DNA from: a virus
Lineage: Duplodnaviria > Caudoviricetes
Virus record (IMG/VR): IMGVR_UViG_3300032223_000402
Coordinates: 2,218-66,217 of that record
Strand: one strand, 5' to 3'
DNA length: 64,000 nt
Shown here one piece after another: positions 36,126 to 45,779 of the stretch. A model generated the notes under the pieces. The model searched no databases and had not been told where the DNA came from. It was given only the letters and a program-made list of their open reading frames with translations. The stretch's first letter is position 1. Every line of letters starts with the position of its first letter. Position numbers and translations under genes: made by a program.

Positions 36126-38312
36126 ATGTCATATGTAATTAATAGATACAACGGGTCGGAGTTAGTAGTCTTACAAGACGGAACACTCGACACCACTACT
36201 AGCTTAGGCTTGGTAGGGCGTAACTACGTTGGCTATGGCACACAACAAAACGAAAACTTTTTATACCTGTTAGAAAATTTTGCTAACAGTGCTCCTCCAG
36301 CGAGACCAATCTCTGGACAAACTTGGTTTGATACTGATAATAATTCTTTAAACGTCTATGACGGTGAAAAGTGGCATCCTGTTAGCACTAATGTTTCTGA
36401 TACTGCACCAGCAAATCCTACCGCTGGTGCTATTTGGTTAAAAACCCCAGTTAATCAACTTTATGTTTACAACGGAGATGCTTGGGCATTTATAGGTCCA
36501 GAAGCAGTAGAAGGATTTGGAATCACTAGACCAAGATCTACTACATTAATCGATTCTACTAGTGTTGCACGTCCGGTTATACTGTTCACAGTAAATGACG
36601 TTATAATTGCTATTGCTTCTGCGGTAGCCTTCACGATTGATCCTTCCAACGGCATACTTGGATTTAGTAACTTAGTTGCAGGTATTACTATTTCACAACT
36701 AGTATCAATTCAAGGCGACATACACGGCGTTGCAGATAGAGCATTACAGTTAGAATATGCAAGAACAATCAATGGTGTACAATTTAACGGTACACAAAAT
36801 ATCAACATTTCAGCATCAACTCCAAATTTATTAAAGAAAGGCAGTTACATAACCGGTAGTGATTTCAATGGTTCTACTGAAGTTACTTTTGCGGTTGATG
36901 CAACACCGTTAAACACAATAGGTAAAATCGTTGCACGTAACAGTCAAGGTGGATTTGCCGCTGGAACGATTACAGCAGATTTGGTTGGAAATGTTACCGG
37001 TAATATAACCGGTACGACAGGAACATTCAGTATTGTTACAGCCAACGAATTCCGCGGTGCGACTCTAACAGGTAATGCGTATTCGGCAAGCAAATTACAA
37101 ACAGGTCGCAATATCAATGGTGTATTTTTTGACGGCACTGAAGATATTACTGTTACCGCTGAAGCACGTACATTAACTGGTGATACAATTAACCCAGGTG
37201 TTACTTATTCGAGTCTTACACAATTAGGATATCTTGAGGCAGTATCAGTTCAAGGGTCTGGCGGTATTTCTGTTGGCAACGGCATAACCACTGCCGCAAA
37301 AATCAGTGTTAACGGAAGTACTCCTACAATTACAGGTTATTCAAATCTAGCAATTAGTGTAGCTGACGGAAACGTATTAGGCGGCTATGCTACACTTAAT
37401 TTATTGTCTAGCGATGCTGCTCTTACTGCCGGCGGAGAAAAGAAAACCACATTAACGCCTGAGCTTGATTTAGTATGGGATCTTGGTATACCGTCAAAGC
37501 GTTTTAACAAAGTATATTCTCAAAATTTCTACGGTGATTTAACCGGCAATGCATCGTCATCGACTACATCTGTAACTGCAACAAATATTGCAGGCGGCAG
37601 CGGCGGCGCGGTCCCGTATCAAACAGCATCAGGTACTACTACGCTGTTGCCACCGGGCAACGCAGGACAAACTCTACAATCTGCAGGATCAGGAAATCCT
37701 CCATTTTGGGGAACAAGCTTCATCCACGGTATGATTATGCAGTGGTACGGAGCATCAAATGCTGTTCCAGAAGGCTGGCACGTATGTGATGGCACATACG
37801 GAACTCCAGATTTAAGGAATAAATTCGTAGTTGGTGCAGGCGGCACATACACAATGGGCGCCGCAGGCGGTTCTACAACAGCAACAAACTCATCAACTAT
37901 TTCGATTAATGGCACAACTTCTACAGCAGGTAGTCACAATCACGGAGGTGTTACAGGTGATACATCATTAACGGCTAATCAACTACCTGCTCACCAACAT
38001 AATTTTACAGATGTTTACGCTATTGTTGGAGATTACGGATTAGGCGGCAGTACAGCAAGTACACGTGATAGAAACGGAACGTACATATATCCTAGCTTCT
38101 ATGCTGGTAATGCCAGCGATGGAGACCAAGATAACGGTGCTTACGGATTCCCAAGCGTGACCGAAGCAACAGGGCAAAATCAAGGGCACCATCACAGTAT
38201 AGGAACAGATGGAGCTCACAATCATACGGTTACAGTAACAGCAGCAAGCGGAGTTATTTCTGTTGACGCTGTTCCGCCATATGTTGCGCTGTTCTATATA
38301 ATGAAACTCTAA
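36126..38312 (+). CDS. Tail fibre with collar domain and His-repeat tip
   Basis: Same anchor. ARTINGV.F.GT repeats, GMIMQW.G....P.GW..CDG..GTPDLR.KF, and H.H motifs as in gp12/gp37-type tips. Confidence 0.85.
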   Translation: MSYVINRYNGSELVVLQDGTLDTTTSLGLVGRNYVGYGTQQNENFLYLLENFANSAPPARPISGQTWFDTDNNSLNVYDGEKWHPVSTNVSDTAPANPTAGAIWLKTPVNQLYVYNGDAWAFIGPEAVEGFGITRPRSTTLIDSTSVARPVILFTVNDVIIAIASAVAFTIDPSNGILGFSNLVAGITISQLVSIQGDIHGVADRALQLEYARTINGVQFNGTQNINISASTPNLLKKGSYITGSDFNGSTEVTFAVDATPLNTIGKIVARNSQGGFAAGTITADLVGNVTGNITGTTGTFSIVTANEFRGATLTGNAYSASKLQTGRNINGVFFDGTEDITVTAEARTLTGDTINPGVTYSSLTQLGYLEAVSVQGSGGISVGNGITTAAKISVNGSTPTITGYSNLAISVADGNVLGGYATLNLLSSDAALTAGGEKKTTLTPELDLVWDLGIPSKRFNKVYSQNFYGDLTGNASSSTTSVTATNIAGGSGGAVPYQTASGTTTLLPPGNAGQTLQSAGSGNPPFWGTSFIHGMIMQWYGASNAVPEGWHVCDGTYGTPDLRNKFVVGAGGTYTMGAAGGSTTATNSSTISINGTTSTAGSHNHGGVTGDTSLTANQLPAHQHNFTDVYAIVGDYGLGGSTASTRDRNGTYIYPSFYAGNASDGDQDNGAYGFPSVTEATGQNQGHHHSIGTDGAHNHTVTVTAASGVISVDAVPPYVALFYIMKL

Positions 38313-38318
38313 TAAATA
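38313..38318 (+). promoter_or_regulatory. Late promoter-like TAAATA
   Basis: Intergenic, upstream of 38344, with a GGAG SD. Confidence 0.5.
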
Positions 38319-38343
38319 CAATGATTAAGGTGGAGCAAGCCAT

Positions 38344-40137
38344 ATGGCATATACAATAAACAAATTTAACGGTACTTTTTTAGTAACAGTACAAGACGGA
38401 ACAGTAGACACAACTACAGATCTTAGCTTAGTTGGTAAAAACTATGCAGGCTATGGTGCTATTGAAAACGAAAATCTTGTGTATATGCTAGAAAACTTTG
38501 CTAATACAAATCCTCCACCTAAAGCACTCAGCGGTCAAATCTGGTACGACAGCGGTAACAAAAAATTAAGATTTTATGATGGTACACGTTTCCGTGTAGC
38601 AGGCGGCGCCGAGCCAAGTTCATCGGCTCCATCTGGATTAACTGTTGGCGATTTCTGGTTTGATACCAGCGCCAAGCAGTTGTACACCTGGACTGGTACA
38701 GATTATGTATTGATTGGTCCACTAGCCAGCCCTGATTTAGGTGCATCTTCAGTGATTTCGCAGGTAGTTAAGGATGTATCAGGAACAAATCAAACTATTC
38801 TAAAAATGCAGGCCGGCGGCAAAGTAATGGCCGTTGTAAGTCAATATGCGTTTGAACTTGATACATCAGTCAATCCTATTCAAGATTTCAGATATATCAA
38901 GAAAGGTATAACTTTAGTTAAATCAAACAGCGATGGTATTTCTACAGACGATAATTATTTCTGGGGTACAGCATCTGCTGCAACTGGGTTGGTCGCCAAC
39001 GGCGAATTTGTATCAGCTGCAAACTTTGTACAAAAAGGTGCTATTACTTTTGACCAAGAAATTAAATTTAAAAATCCAGGTTTAACTGTAGGTGATAATA
39101 GTGATCTACGTTTATATATCGACAGCCTAGACGGTGCTGTTTTAGAAAACAGACGTGGACTACCAATTACAGTACGTATTGATGTATCAGATGTTGATCA
39201 GCGTAAAGTTGCGATATTTGATGAAAACGGAGTTACTCCGGGCGACGACAATACCTACACATTAGGATCATCTAGTCTACGATGGGGTGATATTTACGGT
39301 GTTGACATCTATACAACGACTTTACACGGTAACGTTACAGGTAATGTTACAGGTAGTGTAACAGGCAATGTTATCGCCAGTGATGCAACAGTATTGGTAA
39401 ATGCATCATCAAAACAAATTGGTTATGACGGTGCTACAATCCGTGGTAACTTAGTTGGTACAGTATCAGGAAGTGTTACTGGTACAGCAACTAATGCCTA
39501 TACACTTACTAACTTTGTTCCATCAATATCAGTACCTAGTACTAGTGATAAAACTTCAGTTCCGGTACGTGATACTTCAGGTAATATCGCAGCAACACAA
39601 TTTATCGGAACTGCAAACCAAGCAGATCGTATGAAAATTAACGATGCGGCTGCAGATACCGATCCGACCTACCGTTCTGCAAAGACATCTGCAACACCAA
39701 ATACGATTGCTGCTAGAACAAGCAGCGGAAATCTTGTTGCTGTATTGTTTGACGGCACAGCAACAGCAGCTCGTTATGCTGACTTGGCAGAAAAATATCT
39801 AGCTGATCAAGAATACGAACCTGGCACAGTTGTTACAGTTGGTGGCGAAAAAGAAGTAACAGAATGTCAAAATGGTCAACGTGCTATAGGAGTAGTAAGT
39901 ACTAATCCTGCATATATGATGAACAAAGATTTGGTCGGAGGAACATATATTGCGCTTAAAGGTCGCGTTCCTTGTAAAGTAAGTGGCACAGTAACCAAAG
40001 GTGATCAACTAGTTGCTTATAAATTTGGTACAGCTAGATCCTACGGAGGAGATGGAGATACAGGTTTAACATTTGCCATAGCTCTTGAATCTAGTGACGA
40101 CGAAGGCGTTAAAGTTATTGAAGTATTGGTGTTGTAA
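38344..40137 (+). CDS. Tail fibre with C-terminal intramolecular-chaperone/autocleavage-like domain
   Basis: Same anchor. GNVTG repeats. C-terminal ARYADLAEKY...GVVSTNPAY.MN...IAL.GRVPCKV. Confidence 0.8.
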   Translation: MAYTINKFNGTFLVTVQDGTVDTTTDLSLVGKNYAGYGAIENENLVYMLENFANTNPPPKALSGQIWYDSGNKKLRFYDGTRFRVAGGAEPSSSAPSGLTVGDFWFDTSAKQLYTWTGTDYVLIGPLASPDLGASSVISQVVKDVSGTNQTILKMQAGGKVMAVVSQYAFELDTSVNPIQDFRYIKKGITLVKSNSDGISTDDNYFWGTASAATGLVANGEFVSAANFVQKGAITFDQEIKFKNPGLTVGDNSDLRLYIDSLDGAVLENRRGLPITVRIDVSDVDQRKVAIFDENGVTPGDDNTYTLGSSSLRWGDIYGVDIYTTTLHGNVTGNVTGSVTGNVIASDATVLVNASSKQIGYDGATIRGNLVGTVSGSVTGTATNAYTLTNFVPSISVPSTSDKTSVPVRDTSGNIAATQFIGTANQADRMKINDAAADTDPTYRSAKTSATPNTIAARTSSGNLVAVLFDGTATAARYADLAEKYLADQEYEPGTVVTVGGEKEVTECQNGQRAIGVVSTNPAYMMNKDLVGGTYIALKGRVPCKVSGTVTKGDQLVAYKFGTARSYGGDGDTGLTFAIALESSDDEGVKVIEVLVL

Positions 40138-40139
40138 TT

Positions 40140-41069
40140 ATGACAGGCGCCGTTGGTACAAACATTGCTGCTGTTGATTACAACAACATACGATCTAAAG
40201 TTATTTTACTTTTAGGTACTGGTTCTGCAGATAAAGGATACGGACAAACCATTCTCAGTTCAGCTGTGTTTGGCGGTAATGCAGTTACCAAAGATTCGTG
40301 GGATGCGTTGAGATACGATCTTATGAATATCAAATATCACCAAGACGGTGTTATTCCACCGCTGGTACAAATACAAAAAACAGATCCAATCCGTTATGGT
40401 CCAGGAAATCCTAATACAGACTATGACACAGTTGCCGATCAAGCCACTCTTAATAGATTTTATATAGCATCTTCTCAAGCAATAGTTTCAACAGCAGCAT
40501 CTGGACAGTTATCTACAAGTTGGAGCACCCAAGCCCAGTGTACTTTAACAGCAACATTTGATAATGCAAACAAAGCTAGATATTTTTTCAACACAGGTAG
40601 CAAACTACGAATCACATCAAGTAGAACGGGCGGTGCTGCAACCGCACAAAACGGTGCGTGGACATCATTATTATCGTCAGTTGGAACAGTGGCCTTTGGC
40701 GGAGACCCGATTAATACTTTAAATTTTTATCGCCTAACTAACGTATATCAACAATTATTTCAATTGTCTTCAAGTACACCATATTCAAATAACAATTATT
40801 TGATAGAGGTCAAATCAAATGTTGCTGATAATTCCACAGGAACAGCCACGCAGATATTTGTTCGTGTAACTTGGTCAGACGGCTATGTTGATCCAGACAC
40901 ATTACAAAATCCAGGATCATATCCTGCAAGTAACGCACCGGATGATGTAGTTGATGGATATTTGAACCTCACAGTCGAAGAGTTTAAGGCTTCAGGAACA
41001 ACTTTTCCTAGCGGTAATTTTATCGTAACAAGTCCTAGTTATTCGTTATCATCAATTGCTGCAACTTAA
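40140..41069 (+). CDS. Virion structural/fibre-associated protein
   Basis: DYN..R.KV..LG.GS...GYGQT and ARYFFN.G domain, paralogous to the C-terminal half of the next ORF. Confidence 0.65.
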   Translation: MTGAVGTNIAAVDYNNIRSKVILLLGTGSADKGYGQTILSSAVFGGNAVTKDSWDALRYDLMNIKYHQDGVIPPLVQIQKTDPIRYGPGNPNTDYDTVADQATLNRFYIASSQAIVSTAASGQLSTSWSTQAQCTLTATFDNANKARYFFNTGSKLRITSSRTGGAATAQNGAWTSLLSSVGTVAFGGDPINTLNFYRLTNVYQQLFQLSSSTPYSNNNYLIEVKSNVADNSTGTATQIFVRVTWSDGYVDPDTLQNPGSYPASNAPDDVVDGYLNLTVEEFKASGTTFPSGNFIVTSPSYSLSSIAAT

Positions 41070-41103
41070 CTGTGTTAAATAACAGCCTACATAGAGTTTA
41101 ATA

Positions 41104-43056
41104 ATGGCACTAAACACACTAACTTTTACATCTAGCACAACTTGGACGGTTCCTAACGGCGTTTCGTTAATGGAGACCGTATTTGTTGTTGGCGGTGGTG
41201 GATCTGGCGGCGCATATAGTGGTGGCGGCGGCGCAGGCGGCCAAGTTATTTGGACTACGAACGTAGCAGTAGGAGCCACAGTAGGTATTACAATTGGTGG
41301 TAGCAACCAAGCGTCATCATTTGGTTCAATAACTGCCGCTAGTGGAGGCGCTGGTGGTAACACTGGTAACGGCGGAACTACTTCTCAAAGCATCAAAGGA
41401 GTAGGAGCAACTTATTACGGCGGTGCTGTCTATGGATATACTCCACCTAATCAAGGAACAAGATACTCCGGCGGAGGCGGTGCCGGCGCAGGATCAAACG
41501 GATATACATCTGGTCCATTCCCAGGAGCAGGCGGCGATGGGTATCGCTGGCCAGTAACCGGGAACTACTACGGAGGTGGTGGTGGGGGTGGCGGAGACTC
41601 TACAGTTAACAATCAGACCGGTAATGCTAACAGTCTAGGTGGACTTGGTGGTGGCGGAGCAGGCAGCGTAAACGGCGGTGGTGCTAGTGGAGCAGCTAAT
41701 ACCGGTGGTGGCGGTGGTGGTGGCAATCGAGGAAGTGGTGGCGGAGCAGGTGGCACTGGAATTATTATTGTTCAATACTACGATCCAAGTTATTTTTTAA
41801 CCACAAGCCAACCGGGCATTGCCGAAGGCGAAACTATTACAGTTACGTTGAAAACAATGAACGTAGCTAATAATGCAGTTTTACAATATTCTTTATCTGG
41901 TAGTGGCATCACCGCAGGTGATTTTGCCAGCAATTCTCTTACAGGTAACTTTACAGTAACAAGTACAGACGGCGGTGCAACTGGTACAGCAACCACAACA
42001 ATTACGTTGGTAAACGATAGCACCACTGAAGGTAATGAAGTAGTAACATTAGCATTATCAAATGGATTTGCGTCGACAAGTTTTATTGTTGGCGATGCAT
42101 CAAGGGGCGGATTTACTAATATTACTTCTAAGACTATTTCTCAAGCAGACTATAACACTACTAGAAATAAAGTTGTTTCTGTTCTTGGAGTTGGTTCTGG
42201 AAATTTTGGATATGGACAAACTGTACTAAGCACCGCTGTTGCAGAAGGCAATACAGTTTCTATCAACGAATGGGGTAAACTTAGATACGATATCATAAAT
42301 GCCTGGATCCATCTATATGGTACAGCACCAACACTATCAACAGTAGCACTAGGAAATACTGTAGTCGGCAATGCGTTTACAGCACCGTATGGTCAATATG
42401 ACACTTATTCAAACGTTTTAGTATCGAATAGAATGGATTCTCCGGTCGCCAGTCAGTATATTACAAGAAGTGCCCCTCCTGCACCAAGAACTGAAGTCTG
42501 GAACACGAGTTATGGAACTCCGTGGGTTTCGAGATTAAGCGCATTGATCAGTGTTTCTTGGAGCAACGCCGACGCCGCAAGATATTTCTTTAATGCCGGC
42601 GGAGAGATTAGATTCAACTCCGGCCGCAGCGGCGGTAGCGGTACTCCACAAAATAACGCCTGGACACAGATTTTAATCAATGCCGGTATGGTGAGATTTG
42701 GCGGGGCATTCCCGGGACCACTCAATGGCAGCGGCGTTAATTTCTATACTCTTACAAGCACGTTCCAAACATATTTTAGCGTTGATACTTCAAATCCTTA
42801 TTCTGCAAACGTATTCCGTATTTCTGCTAGAACTCCGGGAGTTACAAACACCTTGGGTACAGCATCTGCTATGGAATTTTTAGTTGAATGGGTTGACAAT
42901 CACGTAGGCACATCAGGTGGCCCAGATGCTGCTGATGGCACAATTTCACTGTATGCCACTACCTTAGAAGCAACAGGTATTTTACAACCATCCGGCACTG
43001 GTAATTTTGTTATTGAAGGCCCAGTGATTAGTATGGGTGCTGTTATCCCAGGTTAA
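41104..43056 (+). CDS. Glycine-rich fibre/adhesin-like structural protein
   Basis: N-terminal VGGGG.GG...GGGG.G glycine-rich domain, an Ig/Calx-beta-like segment (NDSTTEGNEV), then a paralog of the 40140 protein. TAAATA at 41076-41081. Confidence 0.7.
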   Translation: MALNTLTFTSSTTWTVPNGVSLMETVFVVGGGGSGGAYSGGGGAGGQVIWTTNVAVGATVGITIGGSNQASSFGSITAASGGAGGNTGNGGTTSQSIKGVGATYYGGAVYGYTPPNQGTRYSGGGGAGAGSNGYTSGPFPGAGGDGYRWPVTGNYYGGGGGGGGDSTVNNQTGNANSLGGLGGGGAGSVNGGGASGAANTGGGGGGGNRGSGGGAGGTGIIIVQYYDPSYFLTTSQPGIAEGETITVTLKTMNVANNAVLQYSLSGSGITAGDFASNSLTGNFTVTSTDGGATGTATTTITLVNDSTTEGNEVVTLALSNGFASTSFIVGDASRGGFTNITSKTISQADYNTTRNKVVSVLGVGSGNFGYGQTVLSTAVAEGNTVSINEWGKLRYDIINAWIHLYGTAPTLSTVALGNTVVGNAFTAPYGQYDTYSNVLVSNRMDSPVASQYITRSAPPAPRTEVWNTSYGTPWVSRLSALISVSWSNADAARYFFNAGGEIRFNSGRSGGSGTPQNNAWTQILINAGMVRFGGAFPGPLNGSGVNFYTLTSTFQTYFSVDTSNPYSANVFRISARTPGVTNTLGTASAMEFLVEWVDNHVGTSGGPDAADGTISLYATTLEATGILQPSGTGNFVIEGPVISMGAVIPG

Positions 43057-43057
43057 A

Positions 43058-43115
43058 ATATTTCTCCCCCTAAACTAGCACGGTAAATAATGTGCTATGT
43101 TAATTGGGAGATAAT
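43058..43115 (+). promoter_or_regulatory. RBS-sequestering hairpin with late promoter TAAATA in its loop
   Basis: TCTCCC pairs with GGGAGA (the SD). TAGCAC (43076-43081) pairs with GTGCTA (43092-43097). TAAATA at 43084-43089. Confidence 0.6.
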
Positions 43116-43466
43116 ATGGAAGACCAACTTCAAAAAGCCTTAGACTTTTCTAACTATAGACAGTCTTTTGCAATCCAACGTAAGACACTCAAAGAAAAAA
43201 TTGAAGCCAAACTAACCTATGGGTTTAATGGCGGCATTTTTAAAATCAATAGAGAGCTTGTAAGTTTTGTTCAAACACTTTTGGACAAAGAAAGACGATC
43301 TGGAGTAGTGTTATTGGATCAAAACGATAATCCGGTTATCGTAGACGATTTAGAAAAATTTCAAGAAGAAATACTCACTCGATATTTTGAGGTTACTAAC
43401 GAGTATTTTGAACAATACCAAAATCTTAAAAAAAGTAGAACAGTTGAAAAATTGTTAGACCTATGA
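43116..43466 (+). CDS. Hypothetical protein, first gene of the modification cluster
   Basis: ATG at 43116 with a GGGAG SD. Overlaps the next gene (ATGA). Confidence 0.7.
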   Translation: MEDQLQKALDFSNYRQSFAIQRKTLKEKIEAKLTYGFNGGIFKINRELVSFVQTLLDKERRSGVVLLDQNDNPVIVDDLEKFQEEILTRYFEVTNEYFEQYQNLKKSRTVEKLLDL

Positions 43467-44326
43467 CTCGCGGCGCCTTAATTTTCGCTCATAATAATCG
43501 AGACATTGACTATGCGTTGATGTCTGTGATATCAGGCGGCCTAGCAAAAAAGAATCTAGGTATTCCTGTGTCGTTGGTTACTGATAAAACAACTATTGAT
43601 TGGATGGTCGAATCGAGCATCTATAATACAGCAACTAAAGTCTTTGATAGTATAATTGAAGTTGAAAAACCTGTGTCAAATAATCAACGTAGATTGTTTG
43701 ACGGAGTTACAAATAAAGTAGTTCCTTTTGTAAATTCTAATAGAGCCAATGCCTATGATCTAACTCCCTATGATCATACATTGTTATTAGATAGTGATTT
43801 TTTAATATTTTCTGACAGGCTCAATGAGTATTGGGAAATAGATGAAGATGTTTTAATTGCAGAAGCAATGAATGATGTCTATGGACCAACAAGAGTAGGA
43901 TATCACGATAGATATATTTCAGATACCGGAATCCATATGTTTTGGGCAACTACAGTGATGTTTAAGAAAACAGATTACAGTAGAGAATTTTTTAATCTCG
44001 TGAATTTTGTTAGAGAAAATTATCAGTACTACGGAGATCTTTTTAGATTCGATACGCAACAATATAGAAATGACATTGCTTTTAGTGTTGCAAAACATAT
44101 TATGTCTGGATTTGAAACTGATAAAAAAGTAAGTTTGCCGGCAGTGCTAACAACTATAGACAAAGATATTTTACACAGTGTTGATGCTAACGGTAAGTTA
44201 ACATTTTTAGTAACACCTATGTTAGATTCAAAATTTTGTGCGGCTACAATTAAAGGTTTAGATATACACATAATGAACAAACAAAGTCTAGTAAGAAATG
44301 CAGATGAATTATTGGAGTTGTTATGA
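43463..44326 (+). CDS. GT-A fold glycosyltransferase-like protein
   Basis: N-terminal GALIFA..N...DY, then TPYD.TLLLDSD (DxD) and RND.AFS. Confidence 0.65.
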   Translation: MTRGALIFAHNNRDIDYALMSVISGGLAKKNLGIPVSLVTDKTTIDWMVESSIYNTATKVFDSIIEVEKPVSNNQRRLFDGVTNKVVPFVNSNRANAYDLTPYDHTLLLDSDFLIFSDRLNEYWEIDEDVLIAEAMNDVYGPTRVGYHDRYISDTGIHMFWATTVMFKKTDYSREFFNLVNFVRENYQYYGDLFRFDTQQYRNDIAFSVAKHIMSGFETDKKVSLPAVLTTIDKDILHSVDANGKLTFLVTPMLDSKFCAATIKGLDIHIMNKQSLVRNADELLELL

Positions 44327-45162
44327 GTTTTGGATATTTAATTTTTGTTTCAACATCAACTGAAGCTGATTACGCACAATTAGCATACGCATTGGCGTTA
44401 AGTATTAAGAATACACAGCGTCCTGGCTATGACCAAGTAGCATTAGTAATTGATGATCCTCATCAGATCACAAGATTTAATTCTACCTGGGTATTCGACC
44501 ACGTGATTCCTTGGGACAAAGAAACTTACTGGGACGGTCGTAGCTGGATGGATCAGCTGAGCCCATTTGACAACACCGTCTGCCTAGATGCAGATATGTT
44601 GTTCCTTAGAGATTACAGTCATTGGGCAGAATATTTTATAGAAAATTCTGAATTATATGTCGCCAACAAGAGTTATACCTATCGAGGGGAGCTTGTAACG
44701 TCGGACGAATATAGAAAAACATTCATAAAAAATAACTTACCTAATCTATATAGTTTTTATACATTCTTTAAAAAAGACAGTGAGCTTGCAAAAGAGTTTT
44801 TTACTCTTGGTAGATACATTCTTAAAAATCCGCAGGAGTTTTCTAATTCGTTTCTTACGGCACACAAACCAAAAGTTATAGGAACTGATGAAGCATTTGC
44901 GTTGTCTGCTAAAATTTTAGATATCAGTGACGATATATCTTATCCTTTAGATTTTCCTAAAGTTGTTCATATGAAACCGATGGTTCAAAATTGGCCGTGG
45001 CCTGCAGATTTAGTTTCAGATCACGTAGGATTTTATCTCAACAAAAAAGGGCAACTGAAGATAGGTAACTATCAACAAACAGACATTGTTCATTATGTCG
45101 AGAAAGAAAAGATCAATACAGAGATGATTAATATCTTGGAGGAAATAGCGTGGAAGAAATAA
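44323..45162 (+). CDS. GT-A fold glycosyltransferase-like protein (paralog of the preceding gene)
   Basis: GYLIF...DY...AYALALSI, SPFD.TVCLDADM (DxD), VHMK, HY. Confidence 0.7.
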   Translation: MSFGYLIFVSTSTEADYAQLAYALALSIKNTQRPGYDQVALVIDDPHQITRFNSTWVFDHVIPWDKETYWDGRSWMDQLSPFDNTVCLDADMLFLRDYSHWAEYFIENSELYVANKSYTYRGELVTSDEYRKTFIKNNLPNLYSFYTFFKKDSELAKEFFTLGRYILKNPQEFSNSFLTAHKPKVIGTDEAFALSAKILDISDDISYPLDFPKVVHMKPMVQNWPWPADLVSDHVGFYLNKKGQLKIGNYQQTDIVHYVEKEKINTEMINILEEIAWKK

Positions 45163-45779
45163 TTGATTTTGACAAATGGTTAGAGAATTATACTCCTCCC
45201 GAGATAGTCTATGTTGCTGTGTTCAATCCTGACACAGGCCAAGTAACCAGCGTAGGTCCGTCATATGCCTTTGAGACAGTTGAACATAAACTGCCTATTG
45301 ATTCTGAAATCGCCGAAATGATTCTCGAAGGCAAAATCAAGATCCATACCTGCGTTGTGGATATTCAGGCAGGCACATTAGAAATTGCAGAAATTAAATC
45401 TGTTTTTAAAATTGATGATGTACTACATAGGATTATCAGCAAAGAGTGGACAGATATTGAAAAGCCCGATATCTACATTACTTACGATAGAAGTAAAAAA
45501 TCTATGAAGTTCGAATTGACTGAAGAATTCGGCGGAACATATAAACTAGCAGAAAAGTTTCAGCCTGTAAAATCTCGCAAGATACATTGGGACGGCGATA
45601 CACTAATGAACTTTTTAGTCACAGAATACAACGATCCTAACATATTAAATGAAATGATTTCGTTTAAAATTTCTGATCTTATTGGTCAGGCAAAAATAAT
45701 TAGAAGTTTAGATCTAGAAGAGAAGTTCAGCGTTTATACTAGACGCATTTTTAAAAATTACATTATAGAGGAAAAATGA
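45150..45779 (+). CDS. Hypothetical protein
   Basis: 209-aa ORF overlapping both neighbours, with a GGAGG SD. Confidence 0.65.
   Translation: MEEIIDFDKWLENYTPPEIVYVAVFNPDTGQVTSVGPSYAFETVEHKLPIDSEIAEMILEGKIKIHTCVVDIQAGTLEIAEIKSVFKIDDVLHRIISKEWTDIEKPDIYITYDRSKKSMKFELTEEFGGTYKLAEKFQPVKSRKIHWDGDTLMNFLVTEYNDPNILNEMISFKISDLIGQAKIIRSLDLEEKFSVYTRRIFKNYIIEEK

Noticed and set aside
41185-41760. GC-rich GGT/GGC repeat tract as a DNA repeat or foreign insert
   Set aside because: Explained by polyglycine coding in the 650-aa protein.
32074-43056. Diversity-generating retroelement or invertible tail-fibre cassette
   Set aside because: No reverse transcriptase or invertase, no near-identical template/variable repeat pair noticed, and all fibre genes are co-oriented.
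8609-44280. Numerous 60-170 aa antisense or off-frame ORFs inside structural genes
   Set aside because: Fully nested in long motif-bearing genes, with no SD or recognisable motifs.
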